Virus record (IMG/VR): IMGVR_UViG_3300025132_000028
Coordinates: 1 to 64,000 of that record
DNA from: a virus
DNA length: 64,000 nucleotides
Direction: 5' to 3' (one strand)
The notes under the pieces are model-generated. The model did no database searches, was not told the DNA's origin, and was given only the letters and a program-made list of their open reading frames with translations. Each line of letters opens with the position of its first letter. Within the stretch, counting starts at the first letter, position 1. Both the position numbers and the translations under genes were made by a program. This document shows, in pieces, positions 57,187 through 64,000 of the stretch.

Positions 57187-58091
57187 TGGCAACAAGTTTA
57201 GTCACTGGTGGTGCAGGATTTATAGGATCTAATCTAGTGGATAAACTCCTTGAAATGGGACATAAAGTTATTGTTATTGATAATGAATATTCTGATGCTC
57301 ATGATCAGTTTTACTATAATGACAAAGCATATTATGTGAAACAAGATATTTGTAGTTATCAACGCACTAGAATTTTTTATCATGATGTAGATTATGTGTT
57401 TCATATTGCAGCAGAAGCACGTATTCAACCCGCTGTTGAAAATCCCCTTAATGCAGTTAGAATCAATGCTCTCGGTACAGCAACTGTTCTTCAGTGTGCT
57501 CGTGAAGCAGGTGTTAAAAAAGTAATGTATTCTTCTACGTCTTCTGCATATGGTCTTGCCAATGAATCACCTAATGTAGAAACACAACCTAATGACTGTT
57601 TGAATCCATACTCAGTCTCTAAAGTTGCAGGAGAAAATCTATGTAAGATGTATACTGAACTCTTTGATCTTCCTACTGTCATCTTCAGATACTTTAATGT
57701 ATATGGTGAGAGACAACCATTAAGAGGACAGTATGTACCAGTGGTTGGTATATTTTTAAGACAACTTGCAGCAGGTGAACCACTTACTATTTGTGGTGAT
57801 GGAGAACAACGTAGGGACTTTGTACATGTCAGTGATGTTTGTAATGCAAATATAATGGCAGCAATATCAAATCCTGATGAGGATGCTTATGGTCAGATAT
57901 ATAATATTGGTTGTGGTATAAACTATTCAATCAATCAGATTGCTAATATGATTTCTGATAATCAGGTTACTCTTCCAGGTCGACCTGGTGAGTGTAGAGT
58001 TACCCAAGCAAATACTGATAAGGTAAGAAAAACCTTTGGTTGGAAACCACAAGTAGATCTTGAAGATTGGATTATTGCTAATGTTTTTTGA
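57186..58091 (+). CDS. NAD-dependent nucleotide-sugar epimerase/dehydratase
   Basis: VTGGAGFIGS, YSVSK (YxxxK), RYFNVYG, GDG.Q.RDF.HV.D; ATG overlaps uvsY stop. Confidence 0.92.
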   Translation: MATSLVTGGAGFIGSNLVDKLLEMGHKVIVIDNEYSDAHDQFYYNDKAYYVKQDICSYQRTRIFYHDVDYVFHIAAEARIQPAVENPLNAVRINALGTATVLQCAREAGVKKVMYSSTSSAYGLANESPNVETQPNDCLNPYSVSKVAGENLCKMYTELFDLPTVIFRYFNVYGERQPLRGQYVPVVGIFLRQLAAGEPLTICGDGEQRRDFVHVSDVCNANIMAAISNPDEDAYGQIYNIGCGINYSINQIANMISDNQVTLPGRPGECRVTQANTDKVRKTFGWKPQVDLEDWIIANVF

Positions 58092-58539
58092 AAAATTGAG
58101 TTTGGTTACGGGTGGGTTTGATCCTATCCACAGTGGACATATAAGATATTTTGAGAGAGCAAAGGATCTTTCAAACTATCTCGTGGTTGGTTTGAATGGA
58201 GATCCTTGGTTGAAGAGAAAGAAAGGACAGTATTTTCAATGTTGGACTGAGAGAGCAGAGATTGTTAGGAATTTAAATATGGTTGATGCTGTCATATCTT
58301 GGGAAGATGCAGATGACAGTGCCTGTGGTGCAATTGAAAAGTGTTTGGATATTGCTGATACCGTTATTTTTTGTAATGGTGGTGATAGAGGTAAATTTAA
58401 TACACCAGAAACTGATAAGTATGGTGGAGATCCACGAGTACAATTTGAATTTGGTATTGGTGGTGAAGATAAAATGAATAGTAGTTCATGGATTCTTCAT
58501 GGGTATTTTGAAAGACAACGTAAGATATTAGGCATATAA
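58081..58539 (+). CDS. cytidylyltransferase-family (TagD/RfaE-II-like) nucleotidyltransferase
   Basis: TGGFDPIHSGH (HxGH), NGGDR, K.NSSS. Confidence 0.88.
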   Translation: MFFEKLSLVTGGFDPIHSGHIRYFERAKDLSNYLVVGLNGDPWLKRKKGQYFQCWTERAEIVRNLNMVDAVISWEDADDSACGAIEKCLDIADTVIFCNGGDRGKFNTPETDKYGGDPRVQFEFGIGGEDKMNSSSWILHGYFERQRKILGI

Positions 58540-58545
58540 GACCCA

Positions 58546-58553
58546 TCTAAATA
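58546..58553 (+). promoter_or_regulatory. late promoter (TCTAAATA)
   Basis: TAAATA core upstream of uvsW. Confidence 0.6.
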
Positions 58554-58574
58554 ACCATAGATGACATGTGGATT

Positions 58575-60041
58575 ATGTCAAACTTGGTTATTAAAAAGAA
58601 GAACGAAGTATTTTTAGAGATACTTGCCGAACCACACGTCTGTCATGAACTGTCAGATCATTTTACTTTTGAGGTTCCTGGCGCAAAGTTCATGCCTCAG
58701 TATAGAAGTAAGTACTGGGACGGAAAGATTAGATTGTTTGATTCTAGAAAAAATCAAATTTACGTTGGGTTGCTTGATAAACTGGTAAGTTTTTGTAAGA
58801 ATTATGAATACGAATATGAATTTTTAAATAACAAATACTATGGTACTCCCTTTGAAGTCAATGAGAATATCTCATATGAGGGTGTCAAGGATTACGTAAC
58901 ATCAATATCAAAATATAAACCTAGAGACTATCAGATTGATGGCATATATGATGCCTTAAAAAATAATCGTAAACTATTGATAGCTCCAACTGCTTCAGGA
59001 AAGTCGCTGATGATATACGGGATTGTGAGATATTTTGTTGAAAAAAAGCAAAATACTCTGATTGTTGTTCCCACGACTTCCCTTGTAGAACAAATGTATA
59101 AAGACTTTGCGGACTATGGTTGGGATGTTGGTTCATATTGTCACAAGATATATGCAGGAAAAGAAAGAGAAACAGACTCTCAGGTTATTATAACCACTTG
59201 GCAATCAATTTACAAGTTACCTCGTAAATATTTTGAAAGATTTTCTGTAGTGATAGGTGATGAAGCACACCAGTTTAAAAGTAAATCACTGATATCTATA
59301 ATGACAAAACTTGGAAATGCCAAGTATCGTTATGGTTTTACAGGAACTCTTGATGGTACACAGACTCATAAGTGGGTGTTAGAGGGTCTTTTCGGACCTT
59401 CTTATAAAATTATTCGTACTGACGAATTGATGGAGAAAGGTTATCTTGCCAACTTAGATATTAAAATTATTCTACTCAAGCATCCTCCTAAAAAGTTTGA
59501 GGTATTTGAAGATGAAATACAGTATATTATAAAACACGAGCAAAGAAACAACTTCATTAAAAACCTGACATTAGATCTAAAAGGTAATACTCTAGTTCTT
59601 TTCAATAGAGTGGAAGATCATGGTATGCCTCTTTTTGAATTAATAAATAGTAGTACGAGTAATAAAAAAGTCTTCTTCATCTACGGCGGTGTAAATGTAG
59701 AATCTCGTGAGGAAGTAAGAGCAATTGCTGAAAAGGAAGATAATGCAATCATAGTTGCTTCTTACGGTACATTTTCAACTGGTATAAACATTAAAAAACT
59801 GCACAATGTTATCTTTGCTTCTCCTTCTAAATCTAGGATTCGTAACCTTCAAAGCATTGGACGAGTACTTAGGAGGGGAAAAAATAAATCTATGGCAACC
59901 CTATACGACATTGCAGATGACATCAGTTACAAAACAAGAAAAAATTATACACTCAATCATATGATTGAAAGAGTTAAGATTTACTCAGAAGAGAATTTTA
60001 ACTATGATATAGTAAACGTTACTTTAAAAAATAATGGATGA
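58575..60041 (+). CDS. uvsW: SF2 DNA helicase
   Basis: WDGKIRLF, PTASGKS, DEAH, TGT, QSIGRVLR. Confidence 0.95.
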   Translation: MSNLVIKKKNEVFLEILAEPHVCHELSDHFTFEVPGAKFMPQYRSKYWDGKIRLFDSRKNQIYVGLLDKLVSFCKNYEYEYEFLNNKYYGTPFEVNENISYEGVKDYVTSISKYKPRDYQIDGIYDALKNNRKLLIAPTASGKSLMIYGIVRYFVEKKQNTLIVVPTTSLVEQMYKDFADYGWDVGSYCHKIYAGKERETDSQVIITTWQSIYKLPRKYFERFSVVIGDEAHQFKSKSLISIMTKLGNAKYRYGFTGTLDGTQTHKWVLEGLFGPSYKIIRTDELMEKGYLANLDIKIILLKHPPKKFEVFEDEIQYIIKHEQRNNFIKNLTLDLKGNTLVLFNRVEDHGMPLFELINSSTSNKKVFFIYGGVNVESREEVRAIAEKEDNAIIVASYGTFSTGINIKKLHNVIFASPSKSRIRNLQSIGRVLRRGKNKSMATLYDIADDISYKTRKNYTLNHMIERVKIYSEENFNYDIVNVTLKNNG

Positions 60042-60459
60042 CACTTATTACGCACTTATAAAACTGAAGACTGGCGAGGAAATTATCTCTCATATCTTTT
60101 CTGATGATGAGAATGAAGACCCGATTATATGTTTGGGTTCTCCTGTAACAATTGAAATTACTAGCAGATCAAATCATAATGTCTTAAAATTTGAACCTTG
60201 GATAAAGGTTTGTCTTGAAGAAACACTGTTCATAAAACTTAGTGATGTAATTACTATGACTGAATTACCTGAAAACAATTATTATGTACAGTGCTACAAA
60301 GAATACGTCAAGGCGGGTTTTCAGGATGTCAACCTCCCTAACAACCCTAAGAGTAAAACGAGAGGAGTTAAACTCAATAGGACAATGGGTTCTCTTGGCA
60401 CAGTAGAAGATGCAAGAAAGACCCTAGAGAAATGCTTAAGACTTAAATTAGATACTTAA
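60034..60459 (+). CDS. conserved hypothetical protein (Sm-like N-terminus)
   Basis: IKL.TGEEII motif; usual position between uvsW and gp55. Confidence 0.75.
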   Translation: MDDTYYALIKLKTGEEIISHIFSDDENEDPIICLGSPVTIEITSRSNHNVLKFEPWIKVCLEETLFIKLSDVITMTELPENNYYVQCYKEYVKAGFQDVNLPNNPKSKTRGVKLNRTMGSLGTVEDARKTLEKCLRLKLDT

Positions 60460-60486
60460 TATATCCCTCTGAACCTCCACAAGGTT

Positions 60487-60515
60487 ATTGTACATACATT
60501 AAGAACACTTGTCAA
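60487..60515 (-). promoter_or_regulatory. divergent antisense sigma70-type promoter
   Basis: on minus strand TTGACA (60515-60510), 17 nt, TACAAT (60492-60487). Confidence 0.55.
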
Positions 60516-60537
60516 GCTCTGCTTAAAGTGTTATAAT
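60509..60537 (+). promoter_or_regulatory. sigma70-type promoter for gp55
   Basis: TTGTCA 60509-60514, 17 nt, TGnTATAAT ending 60537. Confidence 0.75.
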
Positions 60538-60559
60538 AAAACCATGATAAAGGTAAATA

Positions 60560-61036
60560 ATGCCCAAAGCCAGATCTGAACATTATGTTAATAATAAGCA
60601 ACTCTTAGAAGCACTTATTGTTTACAAAAGCAAAGTAAAAGAAGCACTAGAGAACGAGAAACAAAAACCTCGTATCACGAACTATCTTGGTGAGTGCTTC
60701 TTGAAGATAGCAACACACTTGTCATATAAACCAAACTTTGTTAATTATATGTTCCGTGAAGATATGATTTCTGATGGTATAGAGAACTGTGTTCAGTACA
60801 TCAATAACTTTGATCCTGAAAAGTCAAGGAACCCATTTGCTTATTTTACTCAGATCATCCATTACGCTTTTCTGAGACGTATTCAAAAAGAGAAAAAGCA
60901 GATGGAGATTAAGAATAAAATTTTAGAGAAGACTGGTTATGACCAAGTTTTCAAGGTTGATGATAATGTTTTGAGTAATAGTAAAAGTGATTATAATTCA
61001 ATTAAAGATAATGTGCAGTATAGATTGAAAAAATGA
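60560..61036 (+). CDS. gp55: late-transcription sigma factor
   Basis: HYVNNK, FLKIA..LS.KPNF.NY...EDMI.DG.ENC, NPFAYFTQI. Confidence 0.96.
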   Translation: MPKARSEHYVNNKQLLEALIVYKSKVKEALENEKQKPRITNYLGECFLKIATHLSYKPNFVNYMFREDMISDGIENCVQYINNFDPEKSRNPFAYFTQIIHYAFLRRIQKEKKQMEIKNKILEKTGYDQVFKVDDNVLSNSKSDYNSIKDNVQYRLKK

Positions 61037-62316
61037 ATACTGAATTTAAGAAGATTAAAATTGCTGTAATTGGAACAGGGACAGCAGGTTGTATTCAGAC
61101 TCTTCAGTTCTCTCAAGAATTAAATTTTCAATATTTTGAACTTGATTGGATTTATGATCCAGAAACTCCCATCTTTGGAATTGGAGAAGCAACTACACCT
61201 CACATTCCTCAGATTTTAAGAAGATCTAAATTTAGTACTGATATGCTTTTTAATGAATTAAAAGGTAGTCTTAAGTATGGAGTCAGGTTTTTTAATTGGG
61301 GAAAGAAAAATAAAAGATTTGAACATGACTTTGGGGTAGGTCAATATGGTATTCATATGGATACAAGTGCCTTAAGTACTTTTACATTAAAACATATAGA
61401 AAAAATTGAAGGAACTAACATTAAAGTTGTTCCTGAAAAAGTAGACACTATCGAATCTTTGCCTAGCGGATGTGTTGTCAACGGACGTAATTATAATTTT
61501 GTTGTTGATTGTAGTGGAAATGAACCTTTGTTATACAAAGATGAGTATATAGAATCTGAATTACCTACTGTCGATTCAGCAGTCATCTACAGGAGAATGT
61601 CTGCTGGCAATTGGAATCATACTGTTCACTTTGCTCATGAAAATGGTTGGATGTTTGGTATTCCTTTGAAAGATCGTCAAACTTGGGGATATACTTTTAG
61701 TAGTAAATTTACTACAGAAGAAGAAGCAAGAGAAGGATTACAAAAAATGCTTCCAGATGAAGATGTATCTACAGCAAAATACGTTACTTGGAAACCTCAG
61801 TTTGCATCTTTTTTAATTGATGATAACGGTGTTTATGCTAGAAATGGAAATGCTGCAGGATTCATGGAACCTCTACAAAGTCTCTCTGGTCTTCATACAC
61901 ATCAAATTTCTAAAGTTTTGGTTGACTATGTAAATGATGATGCATCTAAACAAGATGTGAATACTGCTATTATTAGTAGTGAAAAAGAATGGATTGAAGG
62001 TTTAGCATACCATTATCAAATGGGATCTTCTTTTGATAGTCCATTTTGGGATGATGTTTCAGAGAGAGCAAAGAAGTTTTTAGAAAAAGAAAAATGTTCT
62101 GAGAGTGATATTTGGGATATCTACAAAGAAGATCCCAAAGATGTAGAAAGAGTTACATTAGGTTGCTTTGAGATACTTGATTTGGTACAATTGTCTCATG
62201 GTTTAGACACTCCAACTGCAAGTATTTTTGATCCTTGGAAACTTGCTGATCCTGATTTACAAAGTGTAGAATCATTTTGGGGAAGTCAAAACAGTATTGA
62301 GGATTATTTAAAATGA
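61033..62316 (+). CDS. tryptophan halogenase-like flavoprotein
   Basis: GTGTAG, G.GEAT.P, K.GV.F.NW, DCSG, GWMFGIPL, GNAAGF.EPL.S. Confidence 0.8.
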   Translation: MNTEFKKIKIAVIGTGTAGCIQTLQFSQELNFQYFELDWIYDPETPIFGIGEATTPHIPQILRRSKFSTDMLFNELKGSLKYGVRFFNWGKKNKRFEHDFGVGQYGIHMDTSALSTFTLKHIEKIEGTNIKVVPEKVDTIESLPSGCVVNGRNYNFVVDCSGNEPLLYKDEYIESELPTVDSAVIYRRMSAGNWNHTVHFAHENGWMFGIPLKDRQTWGYTFSSKFTTEEEAREGLQKMLPDEDVSTAKYVTWKPQFASFLIDDNGVYARNGNAAGFMEPLQSLSGLHTHQISKVLVDYVNDDASKQDVNTAIISSEKEWIEGLAYHYQMGSSFDSPFWDDVSERAKKFLEKEKCSESDIWDIYKEDPKDVERVTLGCFEILDLVQLSHGLDTPTASIFDPWKLADPDLQSVESFWGSQNSIEDYLK

Positions 62317-63356
62317 ATGTAGCAGTAATTACTGACCAACACTTTGGTGCTCGTAAGAATTCTCAAACTTTCCATAATTATTTTTTAGATTTTTATAATG
62401 AGGTTTTCTTTCCAGAACTAGAAAAACGCAAGATCACAACAGTCATTGACATGGGTGATACATTTGACAATCGCCGTGGCATTGATTTCTGGGCACTTGA
62501 TTGGGCAAAGAAAAACTATTATGATCGTCTTGCTGAGATGGGAATTGAAGTACATACGATCGTTGGTAACCATACCGCTTATTACAAAAATACAAATAAT
62601 TTAACAAGTGTTGGATTATTTTTAAGAGAGTATGACAATATAAAAATTTATCCAGATCCCCAAGAAGTAAGTATTGGTGGTCGTGATATTTTATTTTTAC
62701 CTTGGGTTAATAAAGAAAACGAAAAAGAAAGTTTTGAATGTATCAAAAAGTCATCATCTAAACTTGCAATGGGACACCTTGAACTCAAAGGATTTAAAGT
62801 TAACCATCATGTTGTTATGGAGCATGGTAGTATGGACGTTAACCTCCTTAACAAGTTTGATAAGGTATACTCTGGACATTTTCATACAAGATCAAATAAT
62901 GGAACTGTCTACTACCTAGGCAACCCTTACGAGATCTATTGGAATGATGTAAATGATAATCGTGGTTTCCATATCCTTGATCTGGATACCCTAGAAACCA
63001 CTGCTATCAATAATCCCTTTTCGATGTATAAGCACATCTATTACGAAGATACCCCTAGACAAACTTTTAACTTTAGTAACTATAAAAATAAAATTGTTAA
63101 AGTTATTGTTAGAAAGAAAAGTAGTGAAAAGGATTTTGAGAAGTTCATTGACAAACTCCTCTCAGTAAATGTTTATGACCTTAAGGTTGTTGAAAACTTT
63201 GAGATGATAGATGCAGGTGATATCCAGATTGAAGAATCTGAGAATACTATTTCTATCCTGAGCAAGTATATTGAAGAGTCTGAAGGTGATTTAGATAAGT
63301 CTAACTTGAAGAAACTTATTAATGAGATATATAATGAAGCATGCGAAATAGCGTAA
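62313..63356 (+). CDS. gp47: recombination endonuclease, Mre11/SbcD-like subunit
   Basis: TDQHFG, GDTFD.R, GNH, GHLEL, SGHFH. Confidence 0.95.
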   Translation: MNVAVITDQHFGARKNSQTFHNYFLDFYNEVFFPELEKRKITTVIDMGDTFDNRRGIDFWALDWAKKNYYDRLAEMGIEVHTIVGNHTAYYKNTNNLTSVGLFLREYDNIKIYPDPQEVSIGGRDILFLPWVNKENEKESFECIKKSSSKLAMGHLELKGFKVNHHVVMEHGSMDVNLLNKFDKVYSGHFHTRSNNGTVYYLGNPYEIYWNDVNDNRGFHILDLDTLETTAINNPFSMYKHIYYEDTPRQTFNFSNYKNKIVKVIVRKKSSEKDFEKFIDKLLSVNVYDLKVVENFEMIDAGDIQIEESENTISILSKYIEESEGDLDKSNLKKLINEIYNEACEIA

Positions 63357-63638
63357 ATGTTCCTTCTCATCAATCAAGAACAAAACGTCAATGATGGCGC
63401 TTATTGTGTCTTCGACAAAAAAGGAGAGAAAATATTATTTCTTTTTGAAGAGGTTGACGACGCAGAAAGATATGCTATAATGTTAAATGAGTTTGCAGAT
63501 ACTGAAGTAGAAGCAGTTGAAATAGATAAAGAACCCGCCATAAAAGCTTGTAAGCATCACGGTTACAAGTACGCAATTATATCACCCAATGATATTGTGA
63601 TCCTTCCCTCTCATTATGATCTCGTTTCAGACAATTAA
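63357..63638 (+). CDS. hypothetical protein (DUF3110-like)
   Basis: LFLFEE.DDAERYA.ML motif; between gp47 and gp46. Confidence 0.7.
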   Translation: MFLLINQEQNVNDGAYCVFDKKGEKILFLFEEVDDAERYAIMLNEFADTEVEAVEIDKEPAIKACKHHGYKYAIISPNDIVILPSHYDLVSDN

Positions 63639-64000
63639 ATGGAAAAACTTTCTCTCTACTGGAAATCAATTTACTGAAATAAATTTTCAAAAAAGCGATA
63701 CTACCTTAATTATTGGCACAAATGGTGCAGGTAAGTCCACTGTTTTGGATGCACTTTGTTTCGGTTTGTTTAATAAACCATTCAGAAAGATCTATAAATC
63801 TCAATTAATTAATACCATCAATGAAAAAGATTGTATGGTTGAGGTTGAGTTTTCTATTGGAAGTAGACAGTATCTTGTCAGAAGGGGAATTAAACCATCT
63901 GTCTTTGAGATACACCAAAACGGTAAATGTTTAGATCAACTTGCAAACGCAGTAGATCAACAAAAGTATCTGGAACAAAATATTTTAAAACTTAACTTTA
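63616..64000 (+). CDS. gp46: recombination endonuclease, Rad50/SbcC-like subunit (5' part, truncated by window)
   Basis: MISFQTIKWKNFLSTGN..., IGTNGAGKSTVLDALCF.LF.KPFR (Walker A). Confidence 0.93.
   Translation, partial: MISFQTIKWKNFLSTGNQFTEINFQKSDTTLIIGTNGAGKSTVLDALCFGLFNKPFRKIYKSQLINTINEKDCMVEVEFSIGSRQYLVRRGIKPSVFEIHQNGKCLDQLANAVDQQKYLEQNILKLNF

Noticed and set aside
43602-60041. Inteins, introns or homing endonucleases in gp17, gp20, gp23 or uvsW
   Set aside because: All are of ordinary length and uninterrupted; no splicing or LAGLIDADG/HNH/GIY-YIG motifs seen
7628-63373. Numerous 60-160-aa ORFs nested in or antisense to the large genes
   Set aside because: Shadow frames expected from biased codon usage; no RBS or recognisable motifs

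Overview
AT-rich segment of a T4-like (Kyanoviridae-type) marine cyanomyophage, probably infecting Prochlorococcus (host inferred from gene content and base composition). All credible genes are on the + strand. Order: (i) end of an early cluster of tiny ORFs driven by four repeated palindrome-plus-sigma70-promoter modules (1-2400); (ii) small ORFs and a glycosyltransferase; (iii) virion morphogenesis block gp25, gp6, a 7013-aa gp7-like protein, gp8, a 2478-aa VrlC/DUF4815-like protein, gp13-gp23, with many TAAATA late promoters; (iv) accessory island with micro-ORFs, a manA-like RNA, phosphomannomutase and an OMP-like protein; (v) gp3, uvsY, two sugar-nucleotide genes, uvsW, gp55, a tryptophan-halogenase-like gene, gp47 and the start of gp46. 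Most striking: about 2900 aa of the giant gp7 consist of 28 copies of one beta-rich domain inserted inside each other like balanced parentheses (a nested domain tree); a 74-aa Trp/Arg/Tyr/Gly insert in the VrlC-like protein; a G-[IVLF]-[GST]-T motif shared by many unrelated exterior virion proteins; and capsid-targeted, apparently protease-processed internal proteins between the terminase genes. All assignments come from reading motifs and synteny; no database search or folding computation was run.
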